64,000 nt of DNA, from IMG/VR virus record IMGVR_UViG_3300025102_000020; one strand, written 5' to 3'. A program made the position numbers and the translations under genes. Of the stretch, positions 49,493-58,501 are shown piece by piece. Every line of letters starts with the position of its first letter. Position 1 is the first letter of the stretch. The notes beneath the pieces are model-generated. The model saw only the letters and a program-made list of their open reading frames with translations. It was not told where the DNA came from and did not search any database. The DNA is from an uncultured virus (IMG/VR IMGVR_UViG_3300025102_000020). Taxonomy: Duplodnaviria > Heunggongvirae > Uroviricota > Caudoviricetes > Crassvirales.

Positions 49493-49786
49493 ATGGCGTT
49501 TAAAATGAAAGGGCCTTCACTATATTCAAGTCCATTAGCACAAGCAAATAAAAGAACAAAAGGCAAAGGAAGACACTTTAGGTCAAAAGAAGAAGGTGCC
49601 GGCATGACGTCTGCTGGGGTTGCTTCTTATAAAAAACAAAATCCAGGCAGTAAACTTCAAACCGCTGTAACAGGCAAAGTCAAACCAGGAAGTAAAGACG
49701 CTGGTAGAAGAAAATCATTTTGCGCTAGGTCAAAGGGTTGGACTGGTGAAAGAGGTAAGGCTGCTAGAGCAAGATGGAAGTGTTAA
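49493..49786 (+). CDS. small basic protein with MAFKMKG leader (RRKSFCAR...ARARWKC family)
   Basis: start reassigned from 49460 to the MAFKMKGPSLYSSPLAQ Met at 49493. Confidence 0.75.
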   Translation: MAFKMKGPSLYSSPLAQANKRTKGKGRHFRSKEEGAGMTSAGVASYKKQNPGSKLQTAVTGKVKPGSKDAGRRKSFCARSKGWTGERGKAARARWKC

Positions 49787-49802
49787 CATTAAAAATAATA
49801 AT

Positions 49803-49979
49803 ATGAAAATAGATTGGATTAACGGCTACAAACCAGGTAACAAAAAAGAAAAATACGAAATAACGTTTAGACTAGGTACTTTTACAGTTTTAGAAATTAA
49901 AGCTTGTTTATTCTGTGAAAAAGGATGTTCGTCTAAAAAATTTAGACTTATGATATTAAACTTAGGACTTGAAATATAA
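49803..49979 (+). CDS. small hypothetical protein
   Basis: MKIDWING... with AT-rich leader; stop overlaps next start. Confidence 0.55.
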   Translation: MKIDWINGYKPGNKKEKYEITFRLGTFTVLEIKACLFCEKGCSSKKFRLMILNLGLEI

Positions 49980-50596
49980 TGACAGATATATATACTAGAG
50001 AACAAATAAAAGACACGGTAGAAGGTTTAGGATATAAGTATTTTACAGGAGATAATTACGATGTAAATATCGTTGGTATTAGAAACTCTGAAACTAAAGG
50101 TAAGGTTACAAACTTGTTTGATGATATAATTACCATATCATATAAAGATGAAAACGGTGACTGGAATTATCATGAGTACAATTGCACTACAGATCCTGGG
50201 GATGATTGGATGGAAAATCCTTGGATAGATAAAATAGGTTGTGCTGTATTAAAACCTGGGCAATATAGAGGATCTCATAAACTTAGATTACATGGAGGAA
50301 AGTATTTAGCGTTAGGACAGAAAAAACCTGTAACAGTTTATAGAGATAACAATAGAAACGATATGTATGAATTTGATGAGTCCACTTGTGATACAGGTGT
50401 GTTTGGAATTAATATACATAGAGCAACCGCTTTAGAGGGTAAAACTTCTACATATGTAAACAAGTGGAGTGCCGGATGTCAAGTTATAGCTTCAAACGAC
50501 GATTGGTTTGCGTTCTTGGAAATATGTCAAACAGCAAGAGAAGTGTGGGGAAATAGTTTTTCTTACACGTTGATAGAGAGCAAGGATATTAAATAA
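49979..50596 (+). CDS. candidate endolysin / YkuD-like Cys peptidase
   Basis: GINIHRA...WSAGCQV resembles L,D-transpeptidase H...S.GC catalytic motif; last gene of late block. Confidence 0.5.
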   Translation: MTDIYTREQIKDTVEGLGYKYFTGDNYDVNIVGIRNSETKGKVTNLFDDIITISYKDENGDWNYHEYNCTTDPGDDWMENPWIDKIGCAVLKPGQYRGSHKLRLHGGKYLALGQKKPVTVYRDNNRNDMYEFDESTCDTGVFGINIHRATALEGKTSTYVNKWSAGCQVIASNDDWFAFLEICQTAREVWGNSFSYTLIESKDIK

Positions 50597-50623
50597 AAAA
50601 AGGGAGCAATTAAGCTCCCTTTT
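50597..50623. terminator. bidirectional terminator between convergent blocks
   Basis: AAAAAGGGAGC-AATTAA-GCTCCCTTTT. Confidence 0.85.
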
Positions 50624-50626
50624 GTT

Positions 50627-50827
50627 TTATATAGTAACAGCGTTCTTCTGTTTCTGGACTTCAACTCTAATTTCTTGAGCTAAGTTTTTAATCGTTTGCA
50701 TAGACTTTCTAACTCTTGTTCCTGCTGAGTTATTACCTTCTACAAATTTCTCTGCATCTGGCATACATCTTTCAAACTCTTCACCCATTTTTTGATACAA
50801 TTTTACTACTTCATTTTCTCCGTACAT
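50627..50827 (-). CDS. histone H1-like (Hc1-type) nucleoid protein
   Basis: DAEKFVEGNNSAGTRVRKSMQTIKNLAQEIR. Confidence 0.7.
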   Translation of the reverse strand: MYGENEVVKLYQKMGEEFERCMPDAEKFVEGNNSAGTRVRKSMQTIKNLAQEIRVEVQKQKNAVTI

Positions 50828-50849
50828 TTTATTTAATTTAAGTTAATAT

Positions 50850-52715
50850 TTATTTTACTTCACAATTTCCACCTGCACAAGCTAACTCACCTGATAGATC
50901 CGTGTTGTCTTCTAGTTCTATAACTTTGGACAAATCAACATTGTGTAAGGTTTTCGTCATATCATTGTATATCTGTTTTGTTACATCCTCGAAAGGAGCT
51001 TGTACATAACTACCACCATCATAAGGCAGGACAGACAACCCGTTATAATGATTTCTATTTTCCCACATCCATTCTCCTGCTTCTTCCCATTCATTTTCTT
51101 TTAGAGATACTGTAGCTGAAACATTGTGGGAGTTTGAGCCAGTCTTATGACCAGGTTTGACCCATTCAGTTGCTACCTTTTTAATTCTCTCTAATAAGTC
51201 CATAAACTTCTCGGTTCTAACGATCGAGCCTTTTGGAGCTTTCTGTGGAATGCTAATCACCGCCGTATCATGAGGTCTAAAATAATCGTCCTCTAATAAT
51301 TCCGGATGGTGTATAGCAAGATAAGTATATATAGACTCGTTCTTACCGACACGAAGTCTACGTATATAATATCTATTGTGCCAAGCGTGTATACCTGATG
51401 AAGTTCCTAAAACTAAAGATGTTGTTCCCGCCGGTTTAACTGTTGTTGCTCTAGCAGCAGGTTTTATACCTATAGTCTTAGCCACCATTCTGTTCATCAT
51501 TTTCACATGATCGGCGGCTTCGTTCATATTTAATTCAAGAACTTTACCAGAGGCTATTCCCGTCATTGACACTCCTATAAGGGCGTCTTTTTCAGTGGTC
51601 TCTTGCCAAACTTCTCTTAAATAATGAAACTCTGTGTAACCAGCTTGTAGCGTTCCTATGAAAGCGGCGGCGGCAACTCTTTCATTTAAATCATCTTGAT
51701 CCACTACGTCAGAGACATTTACCTCGCATAAGTTACAAAACTGGAATGGACGTAATGCTATTTCACAGCAAGGATTGGTTCCCCAATCTTTATCGTTATT
51801 AAAATATATCCCTGGTTCTCCAGATCCAGATAACTCAATTCGTTTCCATAAGTCCATAAAGAAATCTTTAGTAATCTTATGTCTCATTAAAACAGCTGAG
51901 TTATTTGCTCTACCTCTTTGTGGGTCTTTCTCCCACCAATTTCCTGATTTACAAGAAATCATTTTCTCATCGTAAGCCGAGAACAACGATATTAATGCAG
52001 CCCGTCTAATACCGCCTGCAAGTACAGCATCAGCAATGTGACAAACAATATCGTGAACTTCCAGGCTAGAGAGTTTTTCTCCGTCTTGTTTTCCATCTAA
52101 TATTCCTTTAATTTTTACTAAACATTCTCTTAGTGGTTGCGGTCCAGGTGCTTTTCCTCCAGAGGTCACGAGACGTGCTCCCTTTGGTCTAATGTCAGAG
52201 TAATCAAACTTTATCTTAGATGATCTCTTAGAGCCCAAATAAGACTTGATTAAAACTTTTATCGCATCTGACCAACCCTCGATACTATCGCCGATAACAA
52301 ACCTACGTTTTCTTACGTTATGAGGTTTTATTACTTCTGGCAACTTTTTAATATTATGTAGTTGTACCGAATATCCTACGCCGCATCCACTAAGTAAAAG
52401 AAACATAACCTCACTAAAAGCATCGATATGATCAATAGGTAGATAAGCGCAATTATATAGACGATTTGGACTAATTTCGATTGGCTTACCACCGAACTGT
52501 AAACTTCGCATAGAAGGTAGGACTTTCTTTTCATAGACGTATTTATAATAAGTATTTATATCATTCTCTAAACTTGGGTACTTACGGATGTGCATTGCTT
52601 TGTTACGGTCAACCAACTCCTCCCAAGTTTCTCTTCTTTGTAACTCAGGGATATACTTAGCATATTTCATGTGCACAGTAATATCCGAGAGTATATTGTT
52701 GTTTAACTCGTTCAT
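50850..52715 (-). CDS. nrdJ: class II (adenosylcobalamin) ribonucleotide reductase
   Basis: LYNCA, TNPCCEI, FCNLCE, VKPAGT, C-terminal ACAGGNCE; no beta subunit gene nearby. Confidence 0.9.
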   Translation of the reverse strand: MNELNNNILSDITVHMKYAKYIPELQRRETWEELVDRNKAMHIRKYPSLENDINTYYKYVYEKKVLPSMRSLQFGGKPIEISPNRLYNCAYLPIDHIDAFSEVMFLLLSGCGVGYSVQLHNIKKLPEVIKPHNVRKRRFVIGDSIEGWSDAIKVLIKSYLGSKRSSKIKFDYSDIRPKGARLVTSGGKAPGPQPLRECLVKIKGILDGKQDGEKLSSLEVHDIVCHIADAVLAGGIRRAALISLFSAYDEKMISCKSGNWWEKDPQRGRANNSAVLMRHKITKDFFMDLWKRIELSGSGEPGIYFNNDKDWGTNPCCEIALRPFQFCNLCEVNVSDVVDQDDLNERVAAAAFIGTLQAGYTEFHYLREVWQETTEKDALIGVSMTGIASGKVLELNMNEAADHVKMMNRMVAKTIGIKPAARATTVKPAGTTSLVLGTSSGIHAWHNRYYIRRLRVGKNESIYTYLAIHHPELLEDDYFRPHDTAVISIPQKAPKGSIVRTEKFMDLLERIKKVATEWVKPGHKTGSNSHNVSATVSLKENEWEEAGEWMWENRNHYNGLSVLPYDGGSYVQAPFEDVTKQIYNDMTKTLHNVDLSKVIELEDNTDLSGELACAGGNCEVK

Positions 52716-52861
52716 TATTTATTTAACGTTAAGCATACATCTACAAAGGGTAGATATAAAACGTGGTTTGTTTTCTTTTTTTCGTCGTAAGATCTAAACC
52801 CTGTTAATATACCAGGGTAAAACCCAAAACTTAATTCCCATTTATCTTTTCTTTTTGCCAT
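52715..52861 (-). CDS. 48-aa hypothetical protein (not in ORF track)
   Basis: manual translation MAKRKDKWELSFGFYPGILTGFRSY...; fills the gap and its TAA overlaps the nrdJ ATG. Confidence 0.6.
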   Translation of the reverse strand: MAKRKDKWELSFGFYPGILTGFRSYDEKKKTNHVLYLPFVDVCLTLNK

Positions 52862-53309
52862 TTATTTTATTTTTATTTGTTATTAATTCTACTACTTGAT
52901 CGCATTCCTTTTGGTTTTGAGGTTTATATAAAGTCACAGAAGGTAAGTTTGCTTTTACATACTTTTTAAACATTTTCCAACGTAATGGGAAACTTTCATT
53001 AGCTCTTCCTTTGCATTCTATTATAAATGAATCGCTTACAAAATCAGGTGTGTATTTAATATTTAAGATCTTTTTTTGACCTCTATTAACCATATCACCT
53101 TTACCATTACCTTGTCGCTCATAAGAGTCTACATCGAACATAAACCCTTCTTGTAGTTCAAACGTTGCTCCTTCGTATACAGCATGTATTTTAGCTTTCT
53201 TTAAAGCTATGTACATATATTTTTCTAAACCGGATGCGAATTGGATCCCGTCAAAAGTAACCTTTTTACTCCTGACAGGACCTTTCTTTCTTTTATATTT
53301 CTTTTTCAC
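52842..53309 (-). CDS. PD-(D/E)XK endonuclease, T7 endonuclease I-like resolvase
   Basis: FASGLEK, YTPDF, IIECKG. Confidence 0.75.
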   Translation of the reverse strand: MKKKYKRKKGPVRSKKVTFDGIQFASGLEKYMYIALKKAKIHAVYEGATFELQEGFMFDVDSYERQGNGKGDMVNRGQKKILNIKYTPDFVSDSFIIECKGRANESFPLRWKMFKKYVKANLPSVTLYKPQNQKECDQVVELITNKNKINGKKKR

Positions 53310-53565
53310 GATCTTCTAACTCTTCACGCGCGGCCTGTATGTATAGCACAGCATCCATTAATTCCTCTTGTATATCCATAAGATATCCAGATAGGTTTTT
53401 AAACTTACCTCTACGTTCGTCGTCTAACGTTCTACCGTATTTCTCATAACCAACATCTGATCTTGATACAAACTTAGTAACTACGTGTTTAACAACTGGG
53501 TCTCTAAAACCAAACTCTTTACGTTCTATGCCGTTTTTGGCATCCATAATTTCTCTACTTGACAT
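53293..53565 (-). CDS. all-alpha NTP pyrophosphatase-like protein
   Basis: RSDVGYEKYG...IQEELMDAVLY; start probably MSSREI. Confidence 0.5.
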   Translation of the reverse strand: MSSREIMDAKNGIERKEFGFRDPVVKHVVTKFVSRSDVGYEKYGRTLDDERRGKFKNLSGYLMDIQEELMDAVLYIQAAREELEDREKEI

Positions 53566-53566
53566 A

Positions 53567-54466
53567 TTAATCCTTTTTAAATGTTCCGTTAACCATTTTA
53601 CCAGTTCTATTTTTAATCTCGTAATAGGCTTGCTCGACGCACTGTTCGATTGGCTCACCTATTAATTCAGCTAAGTTAGTCAATACGACAACACAATCAC
53701 CAATACCATCAATAGCTTCCATATCGTTGCCTTTTAATATAGCTCTACAGGTTTCGCCGACCTCTTCAACAAGTTTTAACGCCTGTGTTTTAGGATCGCC
53801 TTTGTCATATAAACCTCTTTCGTCGGCCCACATTCTTATTAGTTCAAACATGCTAACTTCCGAGCATTTGTCGTCACAGTATTTTTGTTGTCTAATACCT
53901 GTGGGCGCTAGACTACCGGTTCTACACCTACCATTATATTGGTCGTTCATTTGTTTAGCGTTGTCTAAGTCGTGTATAGCATAAGCGTCGTGGTTATCAA
54001 ACCATCTAGCAAAAGCTTTATTGTACACATAACATCTGTCTTGAGTGTATTGAGATACTTTAACGTTATCCATTATCCAATCAATTGATTTTGAAGTAAT
54101 CCCAACTGGACCACTATCGGTTTCCCATTGCATACCTATTTTATCCATAAGTTGCCCTTTTAGTTTACTGACTGGACAAGGGAATGTCGTAGTCATTTCT
54201 GTTACATTTATTCTCATATTATTTATTGTTATTTGGTTTACTGGTTTATATAAATCTTTGTAAAGTTTTCTGTCAACTCTATAACCCAAGGCTTTCTGGA
54301 GTGATATTTCTCTCTCTGATACTAAATCAATATCTGAGGTAGACATTATAACTTGATACTCACCTTCGTAATAACCCTGTTGACGTTCAACCCTTTCTTT
54401 AAGATCTGTTGTTACCCCTATTTTTTTACCCGGGATATGGTATAAGTAATACATTTTATCTGTCAT
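53567..54466 (-). CDS. GIY-YIG-like N-terminus fused to MazG-like pyrophosphatase
   Basis: YYLYHIPGKKIGVT N-terminus; KLVEEVGE...DGIGDCVVVL...GTFKKD C-terminus. Confidence 0.7.
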   Translation of the reverse strand: MTDKMYYLYHIPGKKIGVTTDLKERVERQQGYYEGEYQVIMSTSDIDLVSEREISLQKALGYRVDRKLYKDLYKPVNQITINNMRINVTEMTTTFPCPVSKLKGQLMDKIGMQWETDSGPVGITSKSIDWIMDNVKVSQYTQDRCYVYNKAFARWFDNHDAYAIHDLDNAKQMNDQYNGRCRTGSLAPTGIRQQKYCDDKCSEVSMFELIRMWADERGLYDKGDPKTQALKLVEEVGETCRAILKGNDMEAIDGIGDCVVVLTNLAELIGEPIEQCVEQAYYEIKNRTGKMVNGTFKKD

Positions 54467-55116
54467 ATTTTATCGTTATATAGATGCATATTATGTGCGA
54501 AATGATAATATACACCCGGTTCAATATTAAGTCTGTTAGAGATCATCTTTTGCAGCTTAGAGAAACAATATTGATCGTTACAAAACCCGAACCACAAATC
54601 GTTACTCCTCATTGTTACGCACATATCTAGTCTACCATGTAATATGGTAAATTGAATAGCGTAAGTACAAGGTGTGTCTCTCTCGTATTTAGGGTGTTCT
54701 TTACAATCGTATATAGATATTGCAGCTTGCCTAGTGTCTTTGTTATTTTTAAGTTTATCAATAACATGATCTAATTGGCTAATATTATTCCAACAAGTTC
54801 TTTGCCACTGGTGACCATAGTTAGAATTAACATAACCGTGGTCGTTGGCCATACGTTTCCATATCTCAGGTACCTTACCGTATATATCGCCTAGCTTTTC
54901 GATATTGTCATCGCCAGATAAATACCATTGCCATTCAGCTTCAGCATAATCTTCTTTCCAGTTACGTTCTCTATTTGTTATTCTATTATCCATAGGATCT
55001 GTCATATAGAAACCTACGTTAAATAGAGCTTTAGTATCTCCGAAATCTACACCGTCTCGTATTATACGATCGTGTAAGTATTCATAAGCTGTATTTGCAT
55101 TTCTAAACTTACGCAT
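54463..55116 (-). CDS. thymidylate synthase-fold enzyme, dCMP hydroxymethylase-like
   Basis: VNSNYG, DTRQA, PCT catalytic Cys, MRSNDLWFGFCND, NMHLY. Confidence 0.85.
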   Translation of the reverse strand: MRKFRNANTAYEYLHDRIIRDGVDFGDTKALFNVGFYMTDPMDNRITNRERNWKEDYAEAEWQWYLSGDDNIEKLGDIYGKVPEIWKRMANDHGYVNSNYGHQWQRTCWNNISQLDHVIDKLKNNKDTRQAAISIYDCKEHPKYERDTPCTYAIQFTILHGRLDMCVTMRSNDLWFGFCNDQYCFSKLQKMISNRLNIEPGVYYHFAHNMHLYNDKI

Positions 55117-55300
55117 AGTGTTCTCCTTTGTATTTAATATAACTAGATAAATCTCTTATAGTGAAATCATCAACACCCGGTATAACTTTATAATACACGG
55201 TTTTAAATTCTTTATTTGTTCCCGGGTAGTATGTCAACTGTATTGTATTGTTATTTATTTGTTTTATTGTATTTGTCATAATAGTATTTATAGTATTCAT
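55109..55300 (-). CDS. hypothetical protein
   Basis: ORF in tightly packed operon; start uncertain. Confidence 0.5.
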   Translation of the reverse strand: MNTINTIMTNTIKQINNNTIQLTYYPGTNKEFKTVYYKVIPGVDDFTIRDLSSYIKYKGEHYA

Positions 55301-55535
55301 ACATTTTAGCTAAAGCTTCTTTGTCTTTGTAAACTTTAGGGTCTAAATGTATTTTCTTGTTAATATTTAATTCAACTTTCCATTCGCCTTTGCTATTTCC
55401 CCAGTCAGGTACTACAGCTATTTTAATTCCTTTCTTATTACACCAACAAACATGCTTCATATCTTGTTGAGTATATTTTAAAAATCCAGGACTTTGACCT
55501 ACAACCTTCTTGGCGTTTCTAAATCCTATTCCCAT
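55251..55535 (-). CDS. hypothetical protein
   Basis: ORF overlapping helicase end. Confidence 0.6.
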   Translation of the reverse strand: MGIGFRNAKKVVGQSPGFLKYTQQDMKHVCWCNKKGIKIAVVPDWGNSKGEWKVELNINKKIHLDPKVYKDKEALAKMYEYYKYYYDKYNKTNK

Positions 55536-57238
55536 GGCATAGGCTCGTTCTCAGCCGCTACCATAACTTCAGGCATAAAGCTTCCAGATCGTGGTTCCCA
55601 GGTAAAGAAAGCCTCAGCTCCATTTTCTCCGAGGTTTTGAAACTTAACTTTAAGTACTTTAACTTTAGTCGTTTTAGCTTCATAATCTCTATGGACTAAC
55701 AAACCGTGGTAACTAGCATCGTACCATTCACCACCACCCTTAATGTTGTACATAGTAGGTTCTTCGATTTTACCATCTTGGCCCTTGTACATTTTAGTGG
55801 GGTGAGCAACTATAAAAGTTAACACATCGTACTTTCTACAGAAGGCTTCAATCTTGGCTAAGTAATCCATTGTATAACGGTTTACATCGTCTGAATGAGC
55901 GTTAACATCTCTAACTTTGTTAAATGGATCTATCACTAGACATTTGATACCCTTTCGTTTTACTAGCTCAGCTCCTTTGCGTAATACGGACTCTAAATTA
56001 TACTTATCCATATCAATGAAGAAATAGTTATCGTTTACGTGGTCTGCAACTTGATTCCATTTGTCACCGCCAATATCTCCGGCCGATGGCATATCCATCC
56101 ATGTTTTCCTCATTAATTTATGTGCGTGTAAGTATGTAGGTTGATTCTCTGGAGAAGCAAAAGCTGTCTTCCATTCATAATTCTTATTATAACCTACAAC
56201 CATCTGATCAACAAAATCAGACTTACCACTACTAGGGATTCCAGTAACAGTAATAAACTGACCGGTATACGTTGAGAATATTTTATCAAAGTTCTCAAGC
56301 CCAACTTGGAAACCAGGTTTGAAGCCGTTTTGTACAAAGTCCTTAAGTTCATCTTCTATATCTTTTAAAGTTGTTACATTCTCTAATGGTACCTGTTTAG
56401 CCGCGTGTATAGCACTTTTCAGCTTGTCCGCTCCGTGTTCAATTAAGAAATCGTTAGCATCTTTGTTACCATTAAAATCTACTAAGTAGCATACCTCAGC
56501 ACCAAGTCTTCTTACAAATTCATTCTTAAGAGCTTGACCAGGTTCATCAGCGTCTACCGCTATTACAATCTTAGTTTTATCTTCTAAGTAATCAATACAA
56601 TTATCTAAATAATCTAAGTTATTAGAATTCAATGTAGCTCCGTTGGGAACTGATATTGCATTCTGAATACCAGCTTCATGTAAAGCTAGTACGTCCATTT
56701 CTCCCTCTACGATAACGCACCAATCATACCCTACAATACTATTAATATTGTAAAATACTTTTTCAGCGCCTTTGAAGAGTTTGAAGTTCTTTCTACCATC
56801 TCGATATTTAATATTAATAAGTTGGTCACCCATTAAATAATTAAACTGAATGGTATTTTCATTCTTACTCGTTTGAGGCATCCACTCAGGACCTTCAGTT
56901 ACATAAAGATCTTTAAGTGTTTTCTTAGAGATACCTCTTGTACCGAACCAAGTTTCAACATTAGTACTTACATCGTTAAATTGCTCTGGTGTCTGAGGTC
57001 TAACATAGACCTTTTCACTAGCGCCCTTACGTTGGTAAGTATGTAGTTGAAAACTTGTATCACAATTGTGACAGGTACCGAGACCACGTTCCCAATCATA
57101 AGAAGCACATTGTGCTTTCTGATTCTTAGGTTTCCTATCAGATGAACACAGGGGACAAATCCCCTGTGATGCACCTTCTTTTAGGCTATGTTGATTGAAC
57201 TCGTCAATCAAAAATCCATTGATCTCTTCTCTATTCAT
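55526..57238 (-). CDS. DNA primase-helicase (T7 gp4/Twinkle-like)
   Basis: CPLC..CHNC Zn finger, VEGEMD and DADEPG TOPRIM, TGIPSSGKS Walker A, VIDP, VAHP. Confidence 0.92.
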   Translation of the reverse strand: MNREEINGFLIDEFNQHSLKEGASQGICPLCSSDRKPKNQKAQCASYDWERGLGTCHNCDTSFQLHTYQRKGASEKVYVRPQTPEQFNDVSTNVETWFGTRGISKKTLKDLYVTEGPEWMPQTSKNENTIQFNYLMGDQLINIKYRDGRKNFKLFKGAEKVFYNINSIVGYDWCVIVEGEMDVLALHEAGIQNAISVPNGATLNSNNLDYLDNCIDYLEDKTKIVIAVDADEPGQALKNEFVRRLGAEVCYLVDFNGNKDANDFLIEHGADKLKSAIHAAKQVPLENVTTLKDIEDELKDFVQNGFKPGFQVGLENFDKIFSTYTGQFITVTGIPSSGKSDFVDQMVVGYNKNYEWKTAFASPENQPTYLHAHKLMRKTWMDMPSAGDIGGDKWNQVADHVNDNYFFIDMDKYNLESVLRKGAELVKRKGIKCLVIDPFNKVRDVNAHSDDVNRYTMDYLAKIEAFCRKYDVLTFIVAHPTKMYKGQDGKIEEPTMYNIKGGGEWYDASYHGLLVHRDYEAKTTKVKVLKVKFQNLGENGAEAFFTWEPRSGSFMPEVMVAAENEPMPWE

Positions 57239-57547
57239 TTAGAATGGTAAGTCAGCTTCTGGTTGAGGAGTTGGAGCTGGGGCTGCTGGAGCGCCATCTC
57301 TAGGAATAACATCTACGTTGTCTCCATTGGTCCACACTACCTTTACATTACCTAAATAAGTCTTAGCTGCTTTAGCATCTCTTTCTTCTTTAGTTTGCTC
57401 TACAACTACTGGTCCTTGATTACCGAATTGATCAGCCTCATCATTGATAGTAATTGTGATTGGTAAATACTTACCTTTCTTACCCACGAAGATTTTATCT
57501 TTAGGGATTTTGTTTAAGTCTATACTTGCTTTAATTATACTTGCCAT
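57239..57547 (-). CDS. putative single-stranded DNA-binding protein
   Basis: GKKGKYL..., Pro/Ala linker, acidic DLPF C-terminus. Confidence 0.65.
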   Translation of the reverse strand: MASIIKASIDLNKIPKDKIFVGKKGKYLPITITINDEADQFGNQGPVVVEQTKEERDAKAAKTYLGNVKVVWTNGDNVDVIPRDGAPAAPAPTPQPEADLPF

Positions 57548-57549
57548 AT

Positions 57550-57741
57550 TTAACTATTTATTAATGTTACTAAATTTCTAACTTGATCAACACTAGCTCC
57601 GGTTGTTCTTCTAAAGTTATCGAAGCTCTTATGGTATGGATGTAATCCATCATTAGAATTTTCGTTAACATAGAAGTTATCGTTGTTAGCTTTGAATTTC
57701 TTGCCTGAAATACTACAGGTCTTCATTTTTGGTCTTCCCAT
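57550..57741 (-). CDS. small hypothetical protein
   Basis: MGRPKMKTC...NFY...DGLHPY. Confidence 0.5.
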   Translation of the reverse strand: MGRPKMKTCSISGKKFKANNDNFYVNENSNDGLHPYHKSFDNFRRTTGASVDQVRNLVTLINS

Positions 57742-57745
57742 TGGT

Positions 57746-58501
57746 TTATAAGGTTTTGTTAATAAAATATTGAGCCGGATCGAAGTCATCTGTCTTATAA
57801 AATAAGTCATATACTTCTATTGCTTTAATCACCTTGTCTTTCCCCGACTCGTAGAATTTAGGTGAACAATCAAACATTCCTATTTGATGCGTCTTTTTGT
57901 CTATTGCTATAAATAGCATTTCATAACCGAATAACTGTTGGTATATATAAGCTTGGCTATCGTAATTAAACTTCTTAGCACTCCATTGAAACCTATCTAT
58001 ATCTCCAGTTGTTTTAAGGTCGATAACTAACTTTTCATCGTGATTGATAATATCAGCCTTACCTTTCCACATAACACCTTCGATTTCTTTAATCATTGGT
58101 TGTTCATACTCAACTGTTCCTTCGTGTCTTTCAAATACGTCAGAACCTAGTATAAGGTCTCTACATATATCATTAGCCATTATTTTTTCTGTCATAAGGT
58201 TTATATTATCTGCCTCTGACTGAAGCAAACACATCTCACCACCAGATATCTCTTTATACTGCTTAGTATTTCTACTAGTAGACTCAACGATCTTAAAACT
58301 TGCTAGTTTCTCAGGTTCTAATATTGCTGTATGAAAATATCCACCCATTAAAAAATTAGGGTTTGGCTTAGATGGTTTACCTAGTTGTAACGGGTTGTTT
58401 AGTAAGGTACTAATATCTGAGTTAGATAAGTACTGCTTACCAAACGTTCCGTAATAATGTTCATCTATTTTAAGCTTTTGTAATATCTGCTTTTTGTCCA
58501 T
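57746..58501 (-). CDS. RecE/exonuclease VIII-like PD-(D/E)XK exonuclease
   Basis: LSNSDI, GGYFHTAILEP, KGKADI, IDLKTT, YDSQAYIY. Confidence 0.8.
   Translation of the reverse strand: MDKKQILQKLKIDEHYYGTFGKQYLSNSDISTLLNNPLQLGKPSKPNPNFLMGGYFHTAILEPEKLASFKIVESTSRNTKQYKEISGGEMCLLQSEADNINLMTEKIMANDICRDLILGSDVFERHEGTVEYEQPMIKEIEGVMWKGKADIINHDEKLVIDLKTTGDIDRFQWSAKKFNYDSQAYIYQQLFGYEMLFIAIDKKTHQIGMFDCSPKFYESGKDKVIKAIEVYDLFYKTDDFDPAQYFINKTL

Noticed and set aside
12151..57238. Introns or inteins in terminase, RNR or helicase
   Set aside because: ORFs are continuous, of ordinary length, with no intein splice-junction or homing-endonuclease motifs noticed
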